A program made the translations under genes and the position numbers. Positions 34,507 to 43,245 of a stretch of 58,567 bases of DNA are shown here, piece by piece; position 1 is the first letter of the stretch, and every line of letters starts with the position of its first letter. Under the pieces are notes generated by a model. It worked only from the letters and a program-made list of their open reading frames with translations. It had not been told where the DNA came from and made no database searches. Source of the stretch: an uncultured Candidatus Saccharibacteria bacterium (GTDB lineage Bacteria; Patescibacteriota; Minisyncoccia; Phycocordibacterales; UBA6065); assembly GCA_964559755.1 (NCBI GenBank), contig CAZLHP010000005.1, forward strand, positions 10,901-69,467, written 5' to 3'.

Positions 34507-34740
34507 ATGGTTATACGAATGAGACATACCCGTGCGCATACAGCCAACAGGCGATCGCACCATGCATTAAAGAATCCTGCTCTTGTGCGTGATACTGAAT
34601 CAGGAATTGCTCGTCTCTCGCACCATGCGTCAAAAGAGACTGGCATGTATAATGGACGTGTAGTAAAGAGCCTCCAGAAAAAGATAGACAGAAAGCTCAA
34701 ACGCATCCAGGCAAAATCAAAGGATACACAAGGCAAATAA
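34507..34740 (+). CDS. rpmF: 50S ribosomal protein L32 (Cys-less form)
   Basis: MVIRMRHTRAHTANRRSHHALKNPALV....G.....HH.....G.YNGRVV matches the L32 pattern (basic N-terminus, RRxH..L..P.L, G.Y.GR). The start is ambiguous among 34492, 34507 and 34519. Confidence 0.75.
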   Translation: MVIRMRHTRAHTANRRSHHALKNPALVRDTESGIARLSHHASKETGMYNGRVVKSLQKKIDRKLKRIQAKSKDTQGK

Positions 34741-34785
34741 GTAAGACGGTTGGTAGGTAACGGTTCTTTAAATAAATCATAATTT

Positions 34786-35715
34786 ATGGCAAACAGGCAC
34801 CTTGCACGATCAGTAGTACTCCAGACACTCTTTGAGTGGGACTTTAGGGGTCTTTCTGACCTTGAGGTGCCTGTTGTCGTAAAGAGAGACGCTCTCGAAT
34901 TTGCTCCAGGTGTTTCTGATATTTCCTTTATGGAAGATTTGGCACAGAGTGTTCTCAAAAAGCGTCCAGAACTCGATTTGATTATTACAAAAGCTGCTCC
35001 AGATTGGCCTCTCGATAAGATATCAGTGGTTGATCGAAATATTCTCCGTATAGGTCTCTACGAGCTCCTCTTTGCAGATAAGGGTGAAGTGCCGGCAAAG
35101 GTTGCTATAAACGAAGCCATTGAGCTTGCAAAAAGCTTTGGAGGTGAAAACTCTGGAAAGTTTGTAAACGGCGTACTCGGATCGGTATACAAAGAAATGG
35201 GTGAGCCAGGAAAGGACGCTGTATCAAAACGTAAAGACGATAAGTTTAATCTTCCTTTTGAAAAAATGCCGGTGGTAAAACTCGGAGGTGCTGTCATTTA
35301 TGCACGCGAAAAAGGAGTACTTTATTTTGCCCTCGTACATGATGTATTTGGTCATTGGACACTATCTAAGGGCGGACTTGAGGAGGGCGAGGATGTTGTT
35401 TCTGGAACCAAACGCAGAGTACAAGAAGAAATCGGTATTGAAATTTCTATACAAGAAGAGCTCGCTCAGAACGAATATGTTGCAACTCACCCAGAGAAAG
35501 GTAAGATGCGTAAGCAGGTAACCTACTTTTTGGCAGAAGCTGCGTACGAACCACTCAAACTTGCTGTAAGCGGTGGTTTGGACAAAGCAGAATGGTTTCC
35601 TGTTGAGAATCTTGCTGACTTGAACTTCTATGACGATATGTTGCCTATTATTACCAAGGCTGTCGGTATTCTTTCAAAGAAAGACACATCCAAAAAATCA
35701 AAGTCTAAAAGCTAA
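34786..35715 (+). CDS. nusB: NusB antitermination factor fused to a C-terminal NUDIX hydrolase domain
   Basis: Residues 1 to about 140 are NusB-like (RSVVLQTLFEWDF...DRNILRIGLYELLF....P.KVAINEAIELAK.FG...S.KFVNGVLG). After a linker, a Nudix fold carries the box GGLEEGEDVVSGTKRRVQEEIGI. It is a single uninterrupted 309-aa ORF. Confidence 0.8.
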   Translation: MANRHLARSVVLQTLFEWDFRGLSDLEVPVVVKRDALEFAPGVSDISFMEDLAQSVLKKRPELDLIITKAAPDWPLDKISVVDRNILRIGLYELLFADKGEVPAKVAINEAIELAKSFGGENSGKFVNGVLGSVYKEMGEPGKDAVSKRKDDKFNLPFEKMPVVKLGGAVIYAREKGVLYFALVHDVFGHWTLSKGGLEEGEDVVSGTKRRVQEEIGIEISIQEELAQNEYVATHPEKGKMRKQVTYFLAEAAYEPLKLAVSGGLDKAEWFPVENLADLNFYDDMLPIITKAVGILSKKDTSKKSKSKS

Positions 35716-35740
35716 CCCCTAATTCCTAATCCTTAATTCT

Positions 35741-36439
35741 ATGTCCGACATCAACTTTTCACTGTTCGAGAAAAAAGCAGGAGTAACATTTAAAACGAAG
35801 TCTTTTTTGAGACAGGCATTCACACACCGATCATACATTAACGAAAACAAAACTCTGAAGCTTGAGCACAATGAGCGCCTCGAGTTTTTGGGAGATGCGG
35901 TCCTCGAACTTGTGGTGACTGATTTTTTGTATAAAAAATATCAAGGTGAAGACGAGGGGGTTCTCACTACCTATCGCTCTGCGCTCGTAAACGCTATTAC
36001 TTTGTCAGAAATAGCTTCAAATCTTTTTATGAATGACTTTCTCTTGCTCTCAAAAGGGGAGATGAAAGACGTTGGACGTGCACGGCAGTACATTCTCGCT
36101 AATACATTTGAGGCAGTCGTGGGAGCACTCTACATGGATCTAGGATATGACGCTGCAAAAGCCTTTATCGACAAGCATCTCTTGTCTTTTGCTGACAAGC
36201 TCATTGCCAAAGGAAATCTCGTTGATGCAAAGAGTTTGTTTCAAGAAAAAGCACAGGAAAAAGTAAGCATTACTCCGGCATATAAGTCTCTCAAAGAAAC
36301 AGGTCCCGATCACGACAAGTTTTTTACGGTTGGTGTCTATCTCGGAAAGGAACTCGTTGCTGAAGGTAGCGGAAAATCAAAACAGGAAGCAGAACAGAGT
36401 GCGGCTCAAAAAGCTCTTGAGGCAAAGTCTTGGAACTAA
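35741..36439 (+). CDS. rnc: Ribonuclease III
   Basis: The signature NERLEFLGDAVLELVV is present, with a C-terminal dsRBD (GPDHDK.F.V.V......G.G.SKQEAEQSAAQKAL). Confidence 0.93.
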   Translation: MSDINFSLFEKKAGVTFKTKSFLRQAFTHRSYINENKTLKLEHNERLEFLGDAVLELVVTDFLYKKYQGEDEGVLTTYRSALVNAITLSEIASNLFMNDFLLLSKGEMKDVGRARQYILANTFEAVVGALYMDLGYDAAKAFIDKHLLSFADKLIAKGNLVDAKSLFQEKAQEKVSITPAYKSLKETGPDHDKFFTVGVYLGKELVAEGSGKSKQEAEQSAAQKALEAKSWN

Positions 36440-36546
36440 ACTGTTTATGAGAAGACGGTACATAAAGCCACACACTCGTGTGGCTTTTGTGTGAGGCTTT
36501 GAAATGGTATATTGGTGAGGTCTGTTTTAGTCTCGTTTTCTTATCT

Positions 36547-38838
36547 ATGTATTTGAAATCCCTTGAGTTGTCGGGCTTTAAATCTTTTGCAAAAAAAGCA
36601 GAGCTTACTTTTAATGCACCTATTTCTGCAATTGTGGGTCCTAACGGATCTGGAAAATCAAATGTCGCAGAGGCGTTTCGTTTTGTGCTTGGCGAGCAGT
36701 CGATCAAGTCTATGCGTGGGAAAAAAACCGAAGATTTGATTTTCAATGGAGGTGAAGCATCAGCGAGAGGTAATCGAGCATCTGTTAAGCTTGTTTTCGA
36801 CAACACGAAACGTGTTCTCAACGTTGATTTTGACGAGGTCTCTCTCGAGCGCATTATTCATCGAGATGCGCTGTCAGAGTATTTTATTAATGGAACACAG
36901 GTACGTCTCAAAGACATCATAGAACTCCTCGCGGGTGCGCGTATTGGTTCATCAGGACATCATATTATTTCTCAAGGAGAGGCTGATCGTATTTTGAATG
37001 CCAATGCGCGTGAACGCAGGGAAATGATAGAGGATGCTCTCGGTCTCAAAATATTTCAATACAAGAGAGAGGAGAGTAAGCGTAAACTCGAGAAGACAAA
37101 GGAAAACATGTCGCAAGTTGAGTCACTCCGAAAAGAAATCGCGCCTCATATAAAGTTTCTGAAAAAACAAGTTGAAAAGGTTGAGAAGACTATCGCTCTG
37201 CGTGAAGAGCTCAAACGGGGGTATGCAGAATACTTGTCACGAGAACGCGTGTATCTCGAGCACACGGAAAAGGTTATTAATTCTGAAAAGAATATGCCAC
37301 AACGTGAGCTTGAACGTTTGGAGCATGAATTAAAAAATGCACGACATATTCTCGAATCATCAAAAAAGAGCGACGCAAAAAGTGCAGAGGTGGTAGACCT
37401 TGAGCACAAGATTACCCTCATTCGCCAGACAAAAGATTCTCTCGGTAGAGACATTGGGCGTATTGAAGGTGAGGTTACCAGCCTTCTCCGTATACGTGCG
37501 CGTGAAGAGGCTCTCGTTCAAACAAAGAGTGCTCAGACAATTCCTTTTTCGACCGTTGAAGAAATGGTGCGTGATATTGAATCTCTTATAGAATCGAGTG
37601 CCAAAGAGTCTGATGTTGTGGGCCTTAAGGCTATTTTTAAGACTATACAAAAAGCCCTTTCTCGTTTTGTTGAAACTCATCAGTCAAAAGAGCTCGAAAC
37701 AAATACAAAAGAAATTGATAGTGAAATAGAAAAACTTTCTACAAAGAAAAAGAGTATCGAGGAAAAACTCACGGAGCTTGCCGAAGAAGAGGTCGCGCTT
37801 AATGAGGCACATATACGTCTCCGTAGTGATATCGAAAAAGAAAAAGACTCTTCGCGTGATGCTGAAAAAGCCCTCTTTAGAATAATGGCTTCTCAAAATG
37901 AGCTTCGCGGAACCATGTCACTCATTGCTGTTCGTGAAGAAAAATTACGGCTTGAAAAGGAAGATTTTAAAAGGGAGGTGGAGGAGGGAATGATTCTCGT
38001 TGGTAGAGAGCTCTATGCGTTTGAAACGTATGTGCCTGTAAATGAAGCAGGTGTAGCGCTCGGTGCGGGTGAAATTGCCTCTGAAAACAGATCATTTCAG
38101 GAAGAGCGCAGGAAAAATATTGAAAAGATAAAAGTACGTATTGAAGACTCGGGGGCACTGTCTGCTTCTGAGGTTATGCGCGAGTACAAAGAGGTTTCTG
38201 AGCGTGATGATTTTCTTGCGCGTGAGCTTGTTGACCTAGAAAAGTCAGCAGAATCTCTCGTCGTTCTCATTGCGGATCTCGAGTCAAAACTCGACACTCT
38301 TTTCTCTGAAGGTGTAGAAAAGATTAATCGGCAGTTCAAGGAATTTTTTGCGCTCATGTTTGGTGGTGGTACGGCGTCTTTGTCGGTGCTACGTGAAAAG
38401 AAGGTGAAACGCGTGAGTGCAGAAGAATTGCTTTCTCTTGGAGAGTCAGTGTCTCATGAGGAAGACGAAGAAGAGGAGGCCGAAGTGGGCGTACATATCG
38501 AAGTGAATCTACCTCGAAAGAAAATCAAAGCTCTTGAAATGCTTTCTGGTGGTGAGCGCGCCCTTACTTCTATTGCGCTTCTTTTTGCGATGTCGCAGGT
38601 CAATCCTCCGCCATTTATTATTCTTGATGAAACTGACGCGGCTCTCGACGAGGCTAACTCAAAGAAATACGGAGATATGGTTGAGAATCTATCGAAGTAT
38701 TCACAGCTCATTGTTATTACCCACAATAGAGAAACGATGTCTCGAGCGGGTGTACTCTATGGAGTTACTATGGGACGTGAGGGATACTCAAAGCTTCTTT
38801 CTATTGCGTTTAATGAGGCGGTTGCCGTTGCAAAGTAG
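36547..38838 (+). CDS. smc: SMC-like ABC ATPase, unusually short (763 aa), with no recognisable hinge
   Basis: The N-terminus MYLKSLELSGFKSFAKK....F....SAIVGPNGSGKSN provides the Walker A motif. The C-terminus carries F..MFGGG.A.L, the signature LSGGERALTSIALLFA and the Walker B motif FIILDETDAALD. Only about 380 aa separate the two head halves. The ATG at 36547 is preferred. Confidence 0.8.
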   Translation: MYLKSLELSGFKSFAKKAELTFNAPISAIVGPNGSGKSNVAEAFRFVLGEQSIKSMRGKKTEDLIFNGGEASARGNRASVKLVFDNTKRVLNVDFDEVSLERIIHRDALSEYFINGTQVRLKDIIELLAGARIGSSGHHIISQGEADRILNANARERREMIEDALGLKIFQYKREESKRKLEKTKENMSQVESLRKEIAPHIKFLKKQVEKVEKTIALREELKRGYAEYLSRERVYLEHTEKVINSEKNMPQRELERLEHELKNARHILESSKKSDAKSAEVVDLEHKITLIRQTKDSLGRDIGRIEGEVTSLLRIRAREEALVQTKSAQTIPFSTVEEMVRDIESLIESSAKESDVVGLKAIFKTIQKALSRFVETHQSKELETNTKEIDSEIEKLSTKKKSIEEKLTELAEEEVALNEAHIRLRSDIEKEKDSSRDAEKALFRIMASQNELRGTMSLIAVREEKLRLEKEDFKREVEEGMILVGRELYAFETYVPVNEAGVALGAGEIASENRSFQEERRKNIEKIKVRIEDSGALSASEVMREYKEVSERDDFLARELVDLEKSAESLVVLIADLESKLDTLFSEGVEKINRQFKEFFALMFGGGTASLSVLREKKVKRVSAEELLSLGESVSHEEDEEEEAEVGVHIEVNLPRKKIKALEMLSGGERALTSIALLFAMSQVNPPPFIILDETDAALDEANSKKYGDMVENLSKYSQLIVITHNRETMSRAGVLYGVTMGREGYSKLLSIAFNEAVAVAK

Positions 38839-38879
38839 ACATCTTGCAATAATTGTTTTTTTGTATACAGTGGTGATGT

Positions 38880-39113
38880 ATGACCTTTAAGCAGATTTCA
38901 CCTGGCGCTACGTTTTGGATGCGCACTGTGAGGTACATCAAAACACAGAAGGTTGTTGTTTCTGATATACCATACAATGCTGTTTGCTTTGGTACAGGAG
39001 CACATACTTTTGTCGGCGAGGATGTTCCTGTGCTCGCTGATCATAGTGAGCTTTATTGTCCGGTGCATAGAGAAGAGGAGACTCCTCCATTCCTGCATTT
39101 GAGCTCGCTCTAA
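38880..39113 (+). CDS. Hypothetical 77-aa protein
   Basis: The ORF is followed directly by the terminator AACCACCC-GTAA-GGGTGGTT-TTTTT. No motif was recognised. Confidence 0.45.
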   Translation: MTFKQISPGATFWMRTVRYIKTQKVVVSDIPYNAVCFGTGAHTFVGEDVPVLADHSELYCPVHREEETPPFLHLSSL

Positions 39114-39117
39114 GTAC

Positions 39118-39143
39118 AACCACCCGTAAGGGTGGTTTTTTGA
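39118..39143 (+). terminator. Rho-independent terminator
   Basis: The hairpin is AACCACCC-GTAA-GGGTGGTT followed by TTTTGAC. Confidence 0.75.
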
Positions 39144-39207
39144 CAAAGTTTTTATTTTTCATATAGTATTCTTCTCTAGTTCTTTAACGTCAAAAGGTGG
39201 TTTTACT

Positions 39208-39573
39208 ATGAAAGAAACACTCGAGTCTGTCAGAGTTTGTTGCGCACAGTATGAGGCGGGCGTTGACCCTTCTCATATTGTTTCTACACTACACGCTGTA
39301 CATGCGGGTTTTACGAAATTATCCTCGCAAAATCCTCTTTGGGTTGAGACCGTTGATGTGGAGGCGTTCAGTCATATGAATCCGGTCGACGTGTTTTTGG
39401 GACCGGGAAAGTACAATCATTTGAAATCCACGGTACAGGAAGAGCAACGCATACAACTCGGTTATGTGCCGATTCGATACACTGAGTCGTACAAGACATA
39501 CCTGAGAGAAGTATGGAGATGCTTGTTCCTTCTGAGAAAGAGATTGTATGCGCGCACAGCAGACGTTGCGTGA
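39208..39573 (+). CDS. Hypothetical 121-aa protein
   Basis: The ATG is preceded by AAAGGTGG. The gene ends before a bidirectional terminator. No motif was recognised. Confidence 0.5.
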   Translation: MKETLESVRVCCAQYEAGVDPSHIVSTLHAVHAGFTKLSSQNPLWVETVDVEAFSHMNPVDVFLGPGKYNHLKSTVQEEQRIQLGYVPIRYTESYKTYLREVWRCLFLLRKRLYARTADVA

Positions 39574-39581
39574 TAGGTAAA

Positions 39582-39613
39582 ACTGCGCCCCTTAGAGGGA
39601 CGCAGTTTTTTTA
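39582..39613. terminator. Bidirectional terminator (39208 gene and rnr)
   Basis: The hairpin is ACTGCG-C-CCCT-TAG-AGGG-A-CGCAGT followed by TTTTTTTA. Confidence 0.65.
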
Positions 39614-39623
39614 TATCTAGTTT

Positions 39624-41582
39624 TTAGGGGACAAGTGCGTAGTCGAGTGTTTTCTTTTCGATATCAGCATTTACTATTTTGAAACGTACCGTGTCACCGA
39701 GGCGGAATTTCTTTTTTGTTTTCTCGCCAATGACGGTGTAGTTTTTTGCATCGAGTTTAAAGAAATCATCGCCGAGATCTCTCAGACGTATCATTCCTTC
39801 TGATCGTGTTTCCTTGTCCTCTACGTAGATACCCCATTCTGTTACGCCAGAGATGGTACCATCAAATGTTTTACCGATACGGTCTTTCATGTACTCTACT
39901 TGTTTGTATTTTATAGAAGCTCGCTCTGCTTCTGCTGCGCGCACTTCTTTTTCTGAAGATTCTTCGGTGAGTTTTTTATAGAGAGACCATTCACCCTGTG
40001 AAATAGCTCCGTGGGTGAGCTCTCTCTGGAGAAGTCGATGAACAAGCAGGTCTGCGTATCTACGAATAGGGGAGGTGAAATGTGTGTAGTATTCGAAAGC
40101 CAAACCAAAGTGGCCAATATTTTCTGTTGAGTATATTGCTTTTGCCATTGAACGCACGGCAGCTGTTTTTATGAGCGATTCCTCGGCCTTGCCCTCAACT
40201 TGCTTCATGAGGATCTGTAGGTCTTTTACCTTGATACCCTTTGGACTGATAGGGAGTTCGTATCCAAGTGCGCGAACAAATATCGCCAAATCGGCAACAC
40301 GGTCTTTGTCTGGTGCGTCATGAATACGATACACAAACGATCCTGCTTTTTTAGAGAGAGCTCGTGCCATGTAGAGTGCTACTTCTCGGTTAGCGAGAAG
40401 CATGTACTCTTCGACGAGCTTGTGCGCGTCGAATCTTTTTTTCTTGAATACGCGTATTGGCTTGCCCGTTTCATCAAGCTCAAACTTTATTTCATCCTGC
40501 TCAAAATCGATAGCGCCAGCTTTTTCTTTTTCAAGACGCATTTTTTTTGCGATGGCGTTCAGTATAGTGAGTTCCTCTCGATACTCTTGTGAGTTTCCGA
40601 GAATCGATTCCTGAGCAGCTTCATAGGTGAATCGTTTGTCTGAGTTAATGATTGTTTTTCCAAACCATCGATCATGTATTTTTCCCGCATCGTCCATAAT
40701 AAACACAGATGAGAACGCAAGTTTGTCTTCGTGTGGATTGAGGCTACAGAGATCGTTCGAAAGTACTTCGGGGAGCATGGGTATAGTGCGATCGACGAGG
40801 TATACAGAGAAACCACGAGAGCGCGCTTCTTTGTCGAGGGCTGTTCCTTCGCGTACATAGTGAGAGACATCAGCTATGTGTACTCCTATTTCGTATTTTC
40901 CATCAGGCATCTTTTTAAATGAGATGGCGTCATCGAAGTCCTTTGCATCAATAGGGTCTATGGTAAATGTTGTCGTAGTACGAAAGTCTCTACGCAAAGC
41001 TATTTCCTTGTCACTTATTGTTTTTTCTTTTTTTCCAATTTCTTCGGCTTCACGTACAACCGCGTCCGGATAGTCATAGGCAATACCTCGTTCAAGTACG
41101 ATTGCTCGCATTTCTGTGTTGTGTTCGCCGTGAATACCGATTATTTCGAGAACGGTTCCGATGGGGTATTTTTCGCTACTGTCCCAATTGAGTATCTGAA
41201 CAAGTACTTTGTCCCCCGGAACGGCGTTGTTTATGTTTGCTTGGGGAATGTGTATATCAGAGTAGAGTCTCTTGTCATCTGGCACGAGTGCATAGCCGAG
41301 ACCGTGTCTCTCTACAACCCCGACAAAATTTGTTTTTGCTCGTTTGTGTATAGCAACAACTTCGCCCTGTACGCGGTCACGTTCCTTGTTGGGGAGTACC
41401 TTTATTTCCACTTCATCGTTGTGAAGCGCTGTGTGGAGGCGGGAGGTCTGTATTTCTATATCGTCATCGTCTTTTTTCTCTGATTTTTTAAAAAAACCAA
41501 TGCCTTTTGAGTTGACGCTAAGCGTCCCTGTAAGGGTTTTTGCAACCTTACTGTCTGTCTTGGGAGAATGTGTTGGAGTCAT
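39624..41582 (-). CDS. rnr: Ribonuclease R (RNB family 3'-5' exoribonuclease)
   Basis: It has an N-terminal cold-shock/OB region, RNB motifs (TIDPIDAKDFDDAIS; HFGLAFEYYTHFTSPIRRYADLLVHR) and a C-terminal S1 domain (F.G.ISGVTEWGIYV). The ATG at 41582 is preferred, which leaves room for the divergent rpsP promoter. Confidence 0.9.
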   Translation of the reverse strand: MTPTHSPKTDSKVAKTLTGTLSVNSKGIGFFKKSEKKDDDDIEIQTSRLHTALHNDEVEIKVLPNKERDRVQGEVVAIHKRAKTNFVGVVERHGLGYALVPDDKRLYSDIHIPQANINNAVPGDKVLVQILNWDSSEKYPIGTVLEIIGIHGEHNTEMRAIVLERGIAYDYPDAVVREAEEIGKKEKTISDKEIALRRDFRTTTTFTIDPIDAKDFDDAISFKKMPDGKYEIGVHIADVSHYVREGTALDKEARSRGFSVYLVDRTIPMLPEVLSNDLCSLNPHEDKLAFSSVFIMDDAGKIHDRWFGKTIINSDKRFTYEAAQESILGNSQEYREELTILNAIAKKMRLEKEKAGAIDFEQDEIKFELDETGKPIRVFKKKRFDAHKLVEEYMLLANREVALYMARALSKKAGSFVYRIHDAPDKDRVADLAIFVRALGYELPISPKGIKVKDLQILMKQVEGKAEESLIKTAAVRSMAKAIYSTENIGHFGLAFEYYTHFTSPIRRYADLLVHRLLQRELTHGAISQGEWSLYKKLTEESSEKEVRAAEAERASIKYKQVEYMKDRIGKTFDGTISGVTEWGIYVEDKETRSEGMIRLRDLGDDFFKLDAKNYTVIGEKTKKKFRLGDTVRFKIVNADIEKKTLDYALVP

Positions 41583-41658
41583 AGTATTCACTATAACAGA
41601 AAGGGCTTTAAAACACAGCATGTTGACCTGTTGTTTTAATTCTGCTAGTATCCATTCC

Positions 41659-41991
41659 ATGTTAAAAATCAGACTTCAGCGCGTAGGACGCAAGAATATA
41701 GCTACATTTCGAGTGGTTCTCACCGACTCAAAAAACAGCACCAAGAGTGGTAAGTTTTTGGAAGTGCTCGGTTCATTTGATCCAGTCAACGATATCAAAA
41801 CAGTAAACGGTGATCGTATCAAATACTGGGTTTCAAAAGGCGCTCAGCTTTCTGACACACTCCACAACTACCTCATAGACAAAAAAATTATTCCAGGAAA
41901 AAAGATTAATGCATTGCCAAAAAAGAAGCCTATAAAGAAAGAAGGCGAGGCAAAACCAGCAACCCCAGCAACTCCTGCTCAGACTGCATAG
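41659..41991 (+). CDS. rpsP: 30S ribosomal protein S16 with a Lys/Pro/Ala-rich tail
   Basis: MLKIRLQRVGRKNIATFRVVLTDSKNSTKSGKFLEVLGSFDP is the S16 signature. The upstream part of the track ORF is antisense to rnr. Confidence 0.9.
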   Translation: MLKIRLQRVGRKNIATFRVVLTDSKNSTKSGKFLEVLGSFDPVNDIKTVNGDRIKYWVSKGAQLSDTLHNYLIDKKIIPGKKINALPKKKPIKKEGEAKPATPATPAQTA

Positions 41992-42103
41992 TCAAAAAGA
42001 AAACCACTATCAACAGGTGGTTTTCTTTTTGACTATGTTTTTGGTACACTAAAGAGCGAGCAGTACAACGTCGCTTACTGCCTTATCTGTATAATTAAAC
42101 ATC

Positions 42104-42415
42104 ATGGAAAAAGACGCACAGTTTCTTGAGTCACTTATAAAAGCTCTTGTTGATAATCCTAACGACGTAAAAATAAATCGAACCGTAGACGAGATGGGTG
42201 TCCTCCTTACGCTTGATGTTAATCCAAGCGATATGGGTAAAATCATTGGACGTGAGGGTAACACCGCAAAGGCAATACGTACTCTGTTGCGTATTGTGGG
42301 AATGAAAAATAATTCTCGCGTGAATCTCAAGATCAGTGAGCCTGCAGGAGGTATTCCTCGAGAGACTCGAACCGCAAAGACTGTAGACGAGGCAATGGCA
42401 GATCTCAAGTTGTAG
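42104..42415 (+). CDS. KH-domain RNA-binding protein (YlqC/UPF0109 type)
   Basis: The GKIIGREGNTAKAIRTLL GxxG KH motif is present. The gene sits in the conserved position after rpsP. Confidence 0.8.
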   Translation: MEKDAQFLESLIKALVDNPNDVKINRTVDEMGVLLTLDVNPSDMGKIIGREGNTAKAIRTLLRIVGMKNNSRVNLKISEPAGGIPRETRTAKTVDEAMADLKL

Positions 42416-42520
42416 AATCTCGAATAGTTAATTTTGAATCGTAAACACAAAAACCGCATGTATGCGGTTTTTGTGTTTCTCTTGCTCAAAAATACAAAAA
42501 GGGTAGTCTAAGGTATACGT

Positions 42521-43216
42521 ATGCATTTCCATATCATTTCACTTTTTCCTGGGGCATTTGACTCGTATCTTGGCGAGTCGATTTTGAAGCGCGCCATTAT
42601 CGACAAAAAAATAAAGGTGTCTTTTTACAATCCTCGAGATTATGCTGACAATGAGTACAAAAGAATAGATCAAAAGCCGTATGGTGGTGGTCCCGGAATG
42701 GTCATTCAAGCACTGCCGGTGATAAAAGCGATAAGCAAGGCAGTATCTAGTATAGAGAAGCTAGAATCTAAAAAATCAAAAGGCGCGAGATCCAAGATTC
42801 ACGATTCACGATACAAGATTCTATTCTTTAATCCCGACGGAAAGCAATTTGATACACACTACGCAAAAGATTCAGCAAAGAAATACGGTCACATTATTTT
42901 AGTGTGTGGACGGTATGAAGGAATCGACGCTCGTATAAAAAAAGCGTTTAAGATGGAGGATGTGTCTGTTGGACCTTTTGTGCTCACTGGTGGTGAGTTG
43001 CCTGCGATGGTGGTAATTGACTCAATTTCTCGTCAGGTCGAAGGGGTTCTCGGTAACTTTGATTCACGGGAAGAGGAACGTATTTCAAGCCCTGATGTGT
43101 ATACACGACCAGAGGTTATTGTGTATAAAAACAAAAAGCTACGTGTTCCCAAGGTTTTGCTTTCAGGAAATCATGCAGAAATAGATGCGTGGAGAGAGTC
43201 GAGAAAGAAAGTGTAA
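42521..43216 (+). CDS. trmD: tRNA (guanine37-N1)-methyltransferase TrmD
   Basis: The protein shows MHFHIISLFP, YGGGPGMV, LVCGRYEGIDARI, VLTGGELPAMVVIDS and LLSGNHAEIDAWR. An extra Lys/Ser-rich segment of about 15 aa (IEKLESKKSKGARSKIHDSRY) is present relative to the E. coli enzyme. Confidence 0.93.
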   Translation: MHFHIISLFPGAFDSYLGESILKRAIIDKKIKVSFYNPRDYADNEYKRIDQKPYGGGPGMVIQALPVIKAISKAVSSIEKLESKKSKGARSKIHDSRYKILFFNPDGKQFDTHYAKDSAKKYGHIILVCGRYEGIDARIKKAFKMEDVSVGPFVLTGGELPAMVVIDSISRQVEGVLGNFDSREEERISSPDVYTRPEVIVYKNKKLRVPKVLLSGNHAEIDAWRESRKKV

Positions 43217-43245
43217 CCTTTTAGAAAAGAGTATACTTATACTAC

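Noticed and set aside
26493-42032. Recurrent AACCACC(C)...GGGTGGTT hairpins (26494, 39118 and 42001) as a dispersed repeat family.
   Set aside because: The shared part is only the 7-8-nt stem. Each sits exactly at a gene end with a U-run, so convergent terminator design explains them better than a mobile repeat.
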